A program made the translations under genes and the position numbers. A stretch of DNA of 64,000 nucleotides from a virus: positions 23,210 through 87,209 of the IMG/VR virus record IMGVR_UViG_3300033143_004671; one strand, 5' to 3'. Below, one piece after another: positions 10,243-19,747 of the stretch. Every line of letters starts with the position of its first letter. Position 1 is the first letter of the stretch. The notes under the pieces were generated by a model. It had not been told where the DNA came from. It saw only the letters and a list, made by a program, of their open reading frames with translations, and ran no database searches.

Positions 10243-11631
10243 ATGTCGGTCCACTTGAACAGTCACATGGAGAAGGCTTTCCTGAGACTCGCTATCACGG
10301 ATACCGAGTTTCTAAAACTCGTCTATGGAGCAGTCAATCCTAAACTCTTCACCTCCTACTTGACCGAGGACATCGCTCGAATCTGTTTCGACTATTACGA
10401 GCAGTTCAAGGAGGCCCCGCAAGATCATTTCCACGACGAACTGGTCAAGGCGACGCACAACAAAGCCGAGGACGAGCAAGACGAGTATATCCAGTATGTC
10501 GAAACGCTGAGGGACCTGGATCCACCGAATAAGCAGTATGTACTCCACCGCGTCGGTGACTTTGTGAAGATGAGGGAACGCGAGATTGCCATTATCAAAG
10601 CCGCCGACCTTCTCGCAGATGGTAAGTTGGACGAGCACGATAATCTACTCTACGATGCTCTCAAATCCGGGATACATGAGGAAGATGCTGGTCTCGATTA
10701 TCTGAAAGACTTGTCTAATGTCCAACACCGCGAGTCCGATCCCATCCTAATGAGGACGGGTATCAAGGCATTGGATAGGTTCATCGGAGGCTATCGAAGA
10801 GGCCAGTTGGTTTGCACACTAGGAGGATTGAAGGCGGGTAAGACGTGGTGGCTCATGCACACGGCAAGGGCCGCCTTATTACAGGGGCTCAAAGTCGTCC
10901 ATATCAGCCATGAGGTACAACTTGACGAAATGGAGACTCGGTACGATATGATGTTCTCGGGACGAGGATCGAAGAACGTAGGTCAATATGTCAAGTACAT
11001 CAGGTACGACCATTCTCGGGACGAAATGGTAACAAGCAGGATCAAAATCAAAACCGTGTACGATCCAAAGAAGGTAATGAAAGCTAGACATGCGGTTCTC
11101 CGATTCGGTGGGAGTCTACGGATCAAAAAGTATCCTATGGGGCAGTGCTCCCCAGCCGAGATAGAGCGATATTTGAACTACCTGGAATCGTTTGAATCGC
11201 TCATACCAGACGTCTTAATCATCGACTATCTGGACATCATGGATTTGTCTTCCTTCGGCAGCGAACTCAGGCATCAGTTAAACTCAGCATATATCTGGGC
11301 GAAGGGAATAGCGGACGAAAGGAATATCCTGGTACTGACGGTCAGCCAGGTAACGCGGGCCGCTTTGAAGAGGCGAAAAGTCACGGCGAAAGATGTAGCC
11401 GAGGATGTGAGGAAAGGCGCCAACGTCGATCTTATGCTCGCGATAGGCAGGGGCGAGGAGGAGGTGGATGCGAACCTGGCCGGGATCAATATCATAGCAA
11501 ACCGATCAGGTGTGCAGGATAGATCGTGTACTATTTCATTATGTTTCGACATTGGTCAATTCTGTCTATCGAGTTGGATAGGAAAGGACGTGGACGAGTT
11601 TGCTCTCGAGGTGTTTGGAGAAGATGAATGA
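10243..11631 (+). CDS. DnaB-like replicative helicase
   Basis: TGIKALD, GGLKAGKT Walker A, SHE, IIDYLD, SQVTR. Confidence 0.92.
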   Translation: MSVHLNSHMEKAFLRLAITDTEFLKLVYGAVNPKLFTSYLTEDIARICFDYYEQFKEAPQDHFHDELVKATHNKAEDEQDEYIQYVETLRDLDPPNKQYVLHRVGDFVKMREREIAIIKAADLLADGKLDEHDNLLYDALKSGIHEEDAGLDYLKDLSNVQHRESDPILMRTGIKALDRFIGGYRRGQLVCTLGGLKAGKTWWLMHTARAALLQGLKVVHISHEVQLDEMETRYDMMFSGRGSKNVGQYVKYIRYDHSRDEMVTSRIKIKTVYDPKKVMKARHAVLRFGGSLRIKKYPMGQCSPAEIERYLNYLESFESLIPDVLIIDYLDIMDLSSFGSELRHQLNSAYIWAKGIADERNILVLTVSQVTRAALKRRKVTAKDVAEDVRKGANVDLMLAIGRGEEEVDANLAGINIIANRSGVQDRSCTISLCFDIGQFCLSSWIGKDVDEFALEVFGEDE

Positions 11632-12578
11632 ACGTTGGATTACTCAATCTAGATGAGCTGACTAAAACTCCTAGAGGCAGTTCAATCGTGGGCGGCGTTT
11701 TCCCTAACTTAGCCATGATGAAGGTCTCCCAGTATCACAAACGGAAAGGAGATAATGTAACGCGCTATGCGAAGATCGCCCATAGTACAGGCTACTATGA
11801 TAGGATATACGCCTTCTCCGTATTCACCTGGTCGAGTAAGAAACAGGTTACGAGTGATATGATATGTGGAGGTTCTGGTTTCGATCTGTGCACCGTCTTA
11901 CCAGAGGAGATCGAAAACTCGCAACCCGACTATTCCCTATATCCAAAGTGCAAACCGGCCCTAGGATTCTTAACAAGAGGATGTATACGTAAGTGTGAGT
12001 TTTGTATAGTACCAGAAAAAGAAGGAAAGATTCATCCTTACAGGGACATCGAGGAGGTAGCCTCGCGGGGAGAAGATGTTGTCTTAATGGACAATAATAT
12101 CCTAGCTTGTAAGTACGGTTTGGATCAGATACAAAAAATCATCGACCTCCATCTAAGAGTAGACTTCAACCAAGGACTAGACGCCAGGCTAATATCGAGG
12201 CGAGTGGCCAAACTACTAGTCCAAGTACGATGGCTACAACCTATCCGCATGGCATGTGATTCTTCCAACGAGTTAGAACCAGTATTACGAGCTACAGAAC
12301 TGCTCGGAGAAGAAGGTTGTGGCCATAAGTCACATACTATACTCATGCTAGTAAAGGACGACATAGGGGATGCTAATAAACGTGCCGAAAAGTTGAAAGA
12401 GCATGGCCTTCGTCCTTTCGCCATGGCATACATGGATAGGGAAGGTAGAGTCTATCCTCCAGCCAAACGCTACGCCAATTATGTCAACAACCGCTTCGCC
12501 TTCAATACCGTTTCTTGGGAAGACTACAAACAGAACTACACAAAACCTAGTAGTGATAAAGGTGCGAGATTTTTCTAG
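11628..12578 (+). CDS. phage radical SAM protein
   Basis: FPNLAMMK, TRGCIRKCEFC, MDNNIL, DFNQGLDAR. Confidence 0.88.
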   Translation: MNVGLLNLDELTKTPRGSSIVGGVFPNLAMMKVSQYHKRKGDNVTRYAKIAHSTGYYDRIYAFSVFTWSSKKQVTSDMICGGSGFDLCTVLPEEIENSQPDYSLYPKCKPALGFLTRGCIRKCEFCIVPEKEGKIHPYRDIEEVASRGEDVVLMDNNILACKYGLDQIQKIIDLHLRVDFNQGLDARLISRRVAKLLVQVRWLQPIRMACDSSNELEPVLRATELLGEEGCGHKSHTILMLVKDDIGDANKRAEKLKEHGLRPFAMAYMDREGRVYPPAKRYANYVNNRFAFNTVSWEDYKQNYTKPSSDKGARFF

Positions 12579-12582
12579 TGTC

Positions 12583-12618
12583 CTCCTATCCCAAAAACCT
12601 GACGGAGGAGGATACGGA
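12583..12618 (+). repeat. 36-bp direct repeat, copy 1 (duplicate of the SNF2 gene start)
   Basis: ctcctatcccaaaaacctgacggaggaggatacgga is identical to 13583-13618. Confidence 0.95.
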
Positions 12619-12636
12619 TGATTGGGATAATAGTAA

Positions 12637-13575
12637 ATGAAACCAACCAAAACACAATTAGCCTTTCAGACATTATGTCAACGTCAATCTTTACCTCTCA
12701 AGGCTAAAGTACGAATGACACTACGGCGTATTCAAGAATGGTATGACCATTGGGAAGGTATGGTATACATAGCATTTAGTGGTGGCAAAGATTCAACTGT
12801 CCTACTACACCTCGTTCGTACCCTATATCCTGGAATACCTGCCGTATTCTGCGATACGGGCCTTGAATACCCAGAAATACGTAAGTTCGTTAAGACGGTT
12901 GAAAATACAACATGGTTAAAACCAAAGATGGGATTCAAGAAGGTATTGGAAAAGTATGGCTATCCCATTATCTCCAAGGAGCAAGCAAAGTATATTAGTG
13001 AGGTTCAGCAAGGAACAACTAAATATACGGAAAATAAAAGACTCGGTAAGGTATTAGGACGAAATGGTAAGCCGGTTGGTATGGTCTCTAAAAAATGGCA
13101 ATTTCTAATGTACCAAACTAAGGTGAGAGTTTCCGAACGATGTTGTGACATAATGAAAAAACGACCATTCCTCCAATATGAAAAACTTACAGGACGTTAT
13201 CCTATCCTTGGGGTAAAGGTGGAAGACAGCCAATTACGTCAGCTATCATCACAGCTATATGGATGCAACGCCTTTACAATGACAAGACCACAATCCCGAC
13301 CTATGATGTTCTGGCAAGAAGTTGATGTTTGGGCATACATCCAACAAGAAAAACTCGCCTACAGCTCTATCTACGATATGGGCTATTCCCGTACTGGTTG
13401 CATGTTTTGTATGTTTGGTGTTCATCTAGAAACTCAACCAAATAGGTTTCAGAATATGGCCATCACCCATCCAAAGCAATACAAGTTTTGCATGGAAAAA
13501 CTCGGACTAGCCCGTATACTAAAATATATACATGTTCCATACAAACCAATAAAACCGAAGGCACGATTCTTCTAA
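12637..13575 (+). CDS. PAPS-reductase-family (PP-loop) protein
   Basis: AFSGGKDSTVL, DTGLEYPE, CCDIMKK, RTGCMFCMFG. Confidence 0.9.
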   Translation: MKPTKTQLAFQTLCQRQSLPLKAKVRMTLRRIQEWYDHWEGMVYIAFSGGKDSTVLLHLVRTLYPGIPAVFCDTGLEYPEIRKFVKTVENTTWLKPKMGFKKVLEKYGYPIISKEQAKYISEVQQGTTKYTENKRLGKVLGRNGKPVGMVSKKWQFLMYQTKVRVSERCCDIMKKRPFLQYEKLTGRYPILGVKVEDSQLRQLSSQLYGCNAFTMTRPQSRPMMFWQEVDVWAYIQQEKLAYSSIYDMGYSRTGCMFCMFGVHLETQPNRFQNMAITHPKQYKFCMEKLGLARILKYIHVPYKPIKPKARFF

Positions 13576-15014
13576 TGTCACTCTCCTATCCCAAAAACCT
13601 GACGGAGGAGGATACGGACGACATCCTGCGAGGATTCAACTTCCCTACTACCCCTATGCACCATCAAGCTATCTCGATCATCTGGGCGATGGAATCGGAA
13701 GGGCGTGTTGCCTTCTTCCACGATGTAGGAACAGGCAAGTCCCTCACTTCCCTGTATACTCACTGGCTGTGGGACTTCGAGCGGCTCCTTATCGTCTGTC
13801 CGAACAGTGTAGTCGAATCGTGGGAGGAACAGATCAGTAAACATACTACATTCGATTGCTGCCTACTAAAAGGACCGGCGGAGTATCGTAAGAAACTGCT
13901 TCGACAATCGAAGGCCGCAATCTTCATTCTCAACTATGAAGGTCTGCAGGTCCTGTTCGGTGATCGAGTCAAGAGAGGCAAGAGAACTAAGAACGTACTG
14001 AACAGACAGAAGGTGAAGGATGCAAATATAGATGCCCTGATCTTCGATGAATGCCATGCTCTCAAATCAGAGACTTCGCTAATCAGCAGGATTAGTGCGG
14101 AGTTAAGTCGGCAGGCGAGTAATGCCATCATAATGACCGGGACACCGTATGGGACAGGTGACGAGGATTTCTGGTCTCAATTCTACGTCCTCGATGGTGG
14201 TTATACGTTGGGTGGATCGAAGAAGAAGTTTCTACAGAGGCACTTCACCTTCGACTGGTGGGGTTCGCCGCATATCAAACCAGGACATCGAGAACAGATC
14301 CTGGAACGAATCGCCCCAGTCACGCTGCGTTATGATAGGTTGGAATGCTTCGACTTGCCTGATCGTACGTACGAAGTTCGGCAGGTCGATATGACGAAAG
14401 AGCAACGAGGGTTGACGGACGACTTGATTGCAGGCAAGACTGTCTGGCACGAAAACGAATGTCTGGAGATGCTCGATCCGATGATCGTAGGCAACAAACT
14501 CGCACAAGTCACGGGGGGGTTCCTAAAGTTCAACCCTTCAGTAATGAGGCTCAAGAAGAATCCGAAGCTGGATCTATTAGTCGATCTCCTCGTATACGAA
14601 GTACGAGGAAAGGTTATTGTGTTTCATGCTTATGTAGAGGAAGGCAGGATGATCGAGGAGCGACTGAGTGAGATAGGCATCGGCCACGTATCGATGAGGG
14701 GGGAGACGAGTAAGGACGGCTGGAAACAATTCAAGGCGGAGAAGGCTTGTCGCGTCCTCGTCGCCCACCCGGCCAGCGGAGGCGTCGGGCTGAACCTGCA
14801 AGAGGCGAGCACGGCTATATTTTTCTCTAACGGATGTTCCGGAGCGACGGTCAGGGAGCAGGCGGAGGGACGTATCTGGCGGTTGGGGCAGGAACGTCCC
14901 TGCCTGTACATTGACATCCTCGCGCGGGGCAGCATCGACGAGCAACGCCTGGATAGGGTCGAGGAGCGAGCGGACATCGCTACCAAGATCCTTAACTATC
15001 TATCGGGCGCATAA
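13575..15014 (+). CDS. SNF2-family helicase
   Basis: DVGTGKS, DECH, MTGTP, GGVGLNLQ, QAEGRIWRLGQ. Confidence 0.92.
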   Translation: MSLSYPKNLTEEDTDDILRGFNFPTTPMHHQAISIIWAMESEGRVAFFHDVGTGKSLTSLYTHWLWDFERLLIVCPNSVVESWEEQISKHTTFDCCLLKGPAEYRKKLLRQSKAAIFILNYEGLQVLFGDRVKRGKRTKNVLNRQKVKDANIDALIFDECHALKSETSLISRISAELSRQASNAIIMTGTPYGTGDEDFWSQFYVLDGGYTLGGSKKKFLQRHFTFDWWGSPHIKPGHREQILERIAPVTLRYDRLECFDLPDRTYEVRQVDMTKEQRGLTDDLIAGKTVWHENECLEMLDPMIVGNKLAQVTGGFLKFNPSVMRLKKNPKLDLLVDLLVYEVRGKVIVFHAYVEEGRMIEERLSEIGIGHVSMRGETSKDGWKQFKAEKACRVLVAHPASGGVGLNLQEASTAIFFSNGCSGATVREQAEGRIWRLGQERPCLYIDILARGSIDEQRLDRVEERADIATKILNYLSGA

Positions 15015-15149
15015 ACAGTTACGTGTAAAATACACCTTTTCCCCACCCTGATTTTGTATTATTTGCTAGGTGTCCCTTCTTCGCCTTCGCTGAAAAATAA
15101 AAAGATTTTCACCTCACGTTATGTCTTGTACTACAAAGAGTTAAGGGCA

Positions 15150-15253
15150 GTTCGGCGTACAATTTTTACGCGGGAATCAGGAATACATTATACATGATGT
15201 ATTCCACCGCGTACAATTTTAACGTTGAACGAACGATATTTGACAACCGAATA
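15150..15253 (+). promoter_or_regulatory. putative early promoter/operator and boxA-like site
   Basis: Two gcgTACAATttt boxes (15158, 15212), inverted repeat gaatacat-N8-atgtattc (15181-15204), GATATTTGACAA at 15235. Confidence 0.45.
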
Positions 15254-15526
15254 AGAGACGACAACGAGCGGGACGAAAGTCACCGACGCTCCGGCAGGAG
15301 ATAAGGCCCACGCGAAGTCAGACGTACCAAACGATCCCAGCCAGTTCCAGATCCGACCCTGTTATTGATAGCGACCGTCACGGTGAACATCAATTGGAGG
15401 TGTCAGATCGGCATCGGCGACATACGACGCGGCGACAAACGGCGAACGCAGGGACCGAGGATCGACGGTATGGAGTGATAGTGGCCTGAGGGCGTTCATC
15501 AGGGTTCGACTCCCTGACGGGCCCAT
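15254..15526 (+). ncRNA. putative structured leader RNA ending in a tRNA-like T-arm/acceptor minihelix
   Basis: Long nested hairpin ~15348-15410; tcaggg-TTCGACT-ccctga (15499-15517) stacked on ggcctg/cgggcc. Confidence 0.4.
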
Positions 15527-15572
15527 GAGATGTCGAATACATTTAATACACCAACCTTGAAAGGACAGAACA

Positions 15573-15794
15573 ATGCCTATTGCACGATTCAAGAGGAACC
15601 TCGAAGGCAAGAGCACGTACATTTGCAACTCTTGCGGAAAGCGAACGAGAGAGACCGGTCATGGCGAATCGTCGGTTGGACTATGCCGAGATTGCTACGA
15701 GGAAACAGGATGGGAAAATACCCACAGTGACTACGACCACAAGAACAACCCCGATCCGAACTGTCCGATCTGTAAGAAGCTCGGACTTGCGTAG
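15573..15794 (+). CDS. small Zn-binding early protein
   Basis: CNSC, CRDC, CPIC; GAAAGGA RBS. Confidence 0.7.
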   Translation: MPIARFKRNLEGKSTYICNSCGKRTRETGHGESSVGLCRDCYEETGWENTHSDYDHKNNPDPNCPICKKLGLA

Positions 15795-15879
15795 TCCGTA
15801 CGACACTCACCCGAAGGCCTCACGGGGCCCGAGGGCCTGTGCCGTACTAACCAGAAACCCCAGATGAAAGGACAGGACA

Positions 15880-16083
15880 ATGGCTTTCGGAAACAATATA
15901 GCTGAACGCTCGGCCAAACGCAACATCATCCAAGCCATCCAAATCAACAGAGTCTGTAGAATGTCGATGCAAGAGGCCGTCGACAGTACGAAAGGTTACC
16001 TACAAAAAACGTTAGGTGACCCCCGCAAGTTGCACAGAGCCGAGTTCGACAGATACCCCATTAACGGCCTACCAGCGATGTGA
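15880..16083 (+). CDS. hypothetical early protein
   Basis: TGAAAGGACAGGACAATG leader. Confidence 0.6.
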   Translation: MAFGNNIAERSAKRNIIQAIQINRVCRMSMQEAVDSTKGYLQKTLGDPRKLHRAEFDRYPINGLPAM

Positions 16084-16119
16084 GGCCATCCGCAATGACG
16101 CGGGAGAATCGAGAGAGTT

Positions 16120-16305
16120 ATGAAAATACCCGAAGCAACATGCCATATCTGCAACGGACCAATCGTAGACAAGGTCGGCGTGCAGAGCAAGGGCGAGCAT
16201 GGGCCGGACGAACCGTGGCATTACCGCGCGTGCTCGCAATGCGGCGAAATCCAAGGCGGCCCGAATGCCTATGTCGCTCACAAGCACAAGCACCATACCC
16301 AGTAA
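16120..16305 (+). CDS. small Zn-finger-like protein
   Basis: CHIC...CSQC; follows a family A leader. Confidence 0.6.
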   Translation: MKIPEATCHICNGPIVDKVGVQSKGEHGPDEPWHYRACSQCGEIQGGPNAYVAHKHKHHTQ

Positions 16306-16339
16306 CCCCCGCAATGACGCGGGAGAATCGAGGATTTCA

Positions 16340-16549
16340 ATGCCGAACGATGACAAAACGAATGCCGAGATTGCCATGATCCGTGAGCGCCTCGGCGATC
16401 TGTCCGAGCGGGTTGACCACCTGTTGCAATGGCATTCGCTCACCGAACAGGAGCGCAATGACCTATCAGTCGTAGCCAATCACATCGACAAGGCGAGGCA
16501 CATTCGCCACAACCTCCGCAACGGCGCGGGAGAATCGAGAGAATCGTGA
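16340..16549 (+). CDS. hypothetical early protein
   Basis: MPNDDKTNAEI...; follows a family A leader. Confidence 0.55.
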   Translation: MPNDDKTNAEIAMIRERLGDLSERVDHLLQWHSLTEQERNDLSVVANHIDKARHIRHNLRNGAGESRES

Positions 16550-16797
16550 AACCGATTATTAAGATTATTAAAATCGACGGCACCGAGCACCGCGTCGATA
16601 TGACCGAGTACGAAGCGGCGATAAAAGCGCTATGCTCGGCCGCCAGCATCGCGCGCGACGCAGGGCACAAGTCGCGCTCACTGGCCGACAAGATGCAGTA
16701 TGACGCCCTGTCGCGCCTATACGATGCGAGCGCCAAGGCGCTCAAGGCCAACTACCACAACTATCAGGATGCACTTGTCGCCACGCTACCCAAGTAA
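16546..16797 (+). CDS. hypothetical early protein
   Basis: follows a family A leader. Confidence 0.6.
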   Translation: MKPIIKIIKIDGTEHRVDMTEYEAAIKALCSAASIARDAGHKSRSLADKMQYDALSRLYDASAKALKANYHNYQDALVATLPK

Positions 16798-16836
16798 CCA
16801 ACATCCCCGCAATGACGCGGGAGAAAAGAGAGAATC

Positions 16837-17022
16837 ATGCTAGTTGCAACCGTAGAAATCAGGATCGAGGAAAATGAAGGAGTGGACCTGACCGACAAGC
16901 AGCAAGAGGCCATCGCCGACGCGCTTGAAGCGCGAGATTGGGAAGAAGTGGTCGAGCAAGACCTGCGCGACAAGCTCGGCGATGATCTGATGGATCAAGT
17001 GTGCATAACCCGCAAGTGGTAG
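16837..17022 (+). CDS. small acidic early protein
   Basis: D/E-rich; follows a family A leader. Confidence 0.6.
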   Translation: MLVATVEIRIEENEGVDLTDKQQEAIADALEARDWEEVVEQDLRDKLGDDLMDQVCITRKW

Positions 17023-17107
17023 CCGAGCTTCTGCGGGCCGTCCTGTTGTGCTGTGAGCAGGGCGTCCCGTTGAATCCCGATAACCTCTAACCGATTGGAG
17101 AACCATC

Positions 17108-17422
17108 ATGGACAGCGCGAGACTCACAGACGAACACATCGAGGCAATTGCAGAAAACATGTTGCGAGACGCTGCGGATCAGGTCGGCTATACGTTCCGC
17201 TCGGATTGGCGGCGACGCGTGCAGCGACTGGCGGCAGTGCTCGCCGACCACCCGGACGCAATTGTCGTCGCCTGTTGCAATGAAAAAACGGGTGTGCGAT
17301 TCGGCAAACGCCTCTGCCGAGTTGGCCGGTGCCGAGCGCTGGGCCACACATGCACAGATGGACAGGGCTCGGGTTATCGACTGTGGGCCACGTGGGCCAC
17401 ACACGACCTCGCAACGGGATAA
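17108..17422 (+). CDS. hypothetical early protein
   Basis: follows a family B leader. Confidence 0.6.
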   Translation: MDSARLTDEHIEAIAENMLRDAADQVGYTFRSDWRRRVQRLAAVLADHPDAIVVACCNEKTGVRFGKRLCRVGRCRALGHTCTDGQGSGYRLWATWATHDLATG

Positions 17423-17446
17423 ACCTCTAACGTGGAGGACAGAACA

Positions 17447-17620
17447 ATGAAACTACTCAAACGCACAATCCACGGTGCCCGATACGTCCTGGCAGACGAT
17501 GGGATTGTTCGCCGAGCGGACACACATGATGTCGTTGGCGTCTGGATTCCCGGCGACGCTCTACACGTCTGTGTGACCTGGACAAGCCAATGTGATACGA
17601 TTGAAGAAATCGACGAATAA
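17447..17620 (+). CDS. hypothetical early protein
   Basis: GGAGG RBS, MKLLKRTIHG... Confidence 0.55.
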   Translation: MKLLKRTIHGARYVLADDGIVRRADTHDVVGVWIPGDALHVCVTWTSQCDTIEEIDE

Positions 17621-17644
17621 CCCCTAACCGATTGGAGAACCATC

Positions 17645-17959
17645 ATGACAGAGACCACACAATACACGATTGAACCAAGCCGGTCGCTGCTCGCGCACAG
17701 CGTCAAGATCGACGGCCGCATTGTTGCATATATCAACTGGCATGGCGGGCTTAATGACGCGACACGCGAACGGATACTGTCAATGTTCAGTGTGGCACCT
17801 GAACTGCTGGCGGCGTGTGAGGCGTTAGTCAGGGAATGCAACATGTATCTCGGGGGCCAGGATCGCAATCCTGACGGGACGTATGAGCAACCGGGCGACG
17901 AATCGATGGCATCCCAAGTGATGATCGCTCAGGCCGCGCTCGCCAAGGCCAGACCATGA
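17645..17959 (+). CDS. hypothetical phage protein (APELLAAC motif)
   Basis: follows a family B leader; APELLAACEAL...AALAKAR is a common phage motif. Confidence 0.65.
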   Translation: MTETTQYTIEPSRSLLAHSVKIDGRIVAYINWHGGLNDATRERILSMFSVAPELLAACEALVRECNMYLGGQDRNPDGTYEQPGDESMASQVMIAQAALAKARP

Positions 17960-17971
17960 AAGGAAGGCACA

Positions 17972-18181
17972 ATGACCAAACACTACATCAATAATGAGAC
18001 GCTCCGCAACTGGATTACACGATACCAGCACCTCGATTATTACGCTGACCTGACAGCCAAGTGCCGTAGGGCAATCCTGACCTCCTACACGGCATACAGT
18101 AGGAACATGACCACCAAGACGGCAAAGGAACTCACCGAGGAATTGATCGAGCAATTCCCCAATGAACTCATGTATGGATAA
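17972..18181 (+). CDS. hypothetical early protein
   Basis: GAAAGGA RBS. Confidence 0.55.
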   Translation: MTKHYINNETLRNWITRYQHLDYYADLTAKCRRAILTSYTAYSRNMTTKTAKELTEELIEQFPNELMYG

Positions 18182-18259
18182 TGGACAGGAGACAGCGGCC
18201 TGCATTGAAAGGACAGGACAATGAGAAACGACCACGACAATTTGATAGGAGACAGGAAG

Positions 18260-18901
18260 ATGGACCAGCATACATACACAATTGGGCAGACGGTAGTAAT
18301 CGAGAAGCATGGTCGCTATGGCACCAGATTAACAACCGATACGGTCAAGAGCATCTGGAAGAATGGTGTTATAGCTCTCCGTGGGACGAAGGATACGTAT
18401 ATGCCGAACGGTAGGAGACGAGGTGAAAGCTATACCAGTTACTATTCGACCTACTACAAGATCAGACCACTCAAGGATGGAGAGACCGCGAAGCAAATCT
18501 TGGCCGACCGAGAAGCCTTGGACAAGGCGGCGTCCGACGAAGCCGAAGCCAAGGAGCGGAAGCGAAATGAGGACATCGACAAATGGTGGGAAGAGACGGG
18601 ACAGGCAATCTGGGAAGCACGGCATACACTGCCTGGTACATTCATGGACGAGAAAGTCGAGATCATCCGGTATATGGATTCGCGCCACGAGGAGAGCTTC
18701 CTGACTTCCTGTATTGTGCTACACTACATCAACAAGTGGAACGGGAGGTCACAAGTTAGCATTCAGTGTGGAGGTATGGTCGGGCGAACGTGGGAGGAGG
18801 AAGACGGACAGACCGGGTCGACCATCAGCACGTTCAGCAGTTCGACGATCAGAGCGGACTCACTAAAGGCCGCCCTGTATGAACTCGTCACCCACAAGTA
18901 A
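18260..18901 (+). CDS. hypothetical protein
   Basis: ATAGGAGACAG leader; long ORF. Confidence 0.7.
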   Translation: MDQHTYTIGQTVVIEKHGRYGTRLTTDTVKSIWKNGVIALRGTKDTYMPNGRRRGESYTSYYSTYYKIRPLKDGETAKQILADREALDKAASDEAEAKERKRNEDIDKWWEETGQAIWEARHTLPGTFMDEKVEIIRYMDSRHEESFLTSCIVLHYINKWNGRSQVSIQCGGMVGRTWEEEDGQTGSTISTFSSSTIRADSLKAALYELVTHK

Positions 18902-18913
18902 AAGGATAGAACA

Positions 18914-19111
18914 ATGTACGTAGATAAGACACAAATCAGGATGCTCCTGTCCCTCGCACAGAAGGCCATGCTCGACGAGGAGCATTACATCAAGGAACAA
19001 GGCTTTTTGACATCCTCCCATAAGAGCATCAAGAAGCGAGCCAAAACATACTACACCGAGGCATGGGAGCTTCGGAAAGCAATCAACAAGTTCTTCTCTA
19101 TGACAGCATAG
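18914..19111 (+). CDS. hypothetical protein
   Basis: AAAGGA RBS. Confidence 0.55.
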   Translation: MYVDKTQIRMLLSLAQKAMLDEEHYIKEQGFLTSSHKSIKKRAKTYYTEAWELRKAINKFFSMTA

Positions 19112-19122
19112 GAGACAGACCA

Positions 19123-19371
19123 ATGACCTCGCATGTACCACTCACATGGATCGAACCGGGACACGACATCGACATCCTTCGGGTCGTCCTGAACGACGAT
19201 ACTCAAATCGGACACATCCGCATCGATAGGAAAGGAGGTAAGAATACGTACGTGGCGAACGCCTACACGAACAGGCACGTAGGCTGGGCGATCCTGGAGC
19301 ACAGCGACTTAGGCATGGCCCAGTGGTGGATCGCCACTCAATGGCAGGAATATCAAGACGGACTAGCATAG
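19123..19371 (+). CDS. hypothetical protein
   Basis: ATAGGAGACAG leader. Confidence 0.6.
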   Translation: MTSHVPLTWIEPGHDIDILRVVLNDDTQIGHIRIDRKGGKNTYVANAYTNRHVGWAILEHSDLGMAQWWIATQWQEYQDGLA

Positions 19372-19382
19372 GAGACAGGAAG

Positions 19383-19628
19383 ATGATCGAGAACAAGTTC
19401 AGATTCGTCGTGGCGGACAAGGATGTCCGTAGCATAGCCCTTACCTACGTGGACGAGCGTGGTAACTACGATGCCTGCTTAGGCTACTATAGGGCGAAGA
19501 AATGGAAGACCTTCGACGGAGCCGACAAGGCGGCACAGCGAGTATCTAAGCTAAACCCCATCGGTGGACCGAACCTCGTCGTCCAACGGATCGCGAAGAA
19601 TAGTGAGGGTAAATGGGTAAGGGCATAG
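19383..19628 (+). CDS. hypothetical protein
   Basis: ATAGGAGACAG leader. Confidence 0.6.
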   Translation: MIENKFRFVVADKDVRSIALTYVDERGNYDACLGYYRAKKWKTFDGADKAAQRVSKLNPIGGPNLVVQRIAKNSEGKWVRA

Positions 19629-19747
19629 AACGCCCTGTAAGGCCCTAACCGCAACCAATGTACCAAAGGACGTTTCGACAGTCGAAACGCCTTAGAACCA
19701 AACCTCGTACGTCCTAGACGGGCGTACAAACGATAGGAGACAGGCAG

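Larger units (their letters stand above)
16090..16836 (+). repeat. repeated leader family A (ccgcaatgacgcgggagaa), 4 copies
   Basis: Copies at 16090, 16309, 16516 (variant) and 16807, each just before a start codon. Confidence 0.9.
17081..17647 (+). repeat. repeated leader family B (taaccyctaaccgattggagaaccatcATG)
   Basis: Copies at 17081-17110 and 17618-17647; hybrid B/C copy at 17420-17449. Confidence 0.85.

Noticed and set aside
12637-13575. Dnd phosphorothioation system or assimilatory cysH
   Set aside because: No other dnd or cys genes are present; only the family-level call is supported.
15240-15245. TTGACA as a -35 box
   Set aside because: There is no -10 hexamer 16-18 bp downstream; the context fits a boxA-like site better.
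16090-16836. CRISPR array or integron attC array
   Set aside because: The spacers are 200-300-bp genes of unequal length; there are no cas or integrase genes and no attC core sites.
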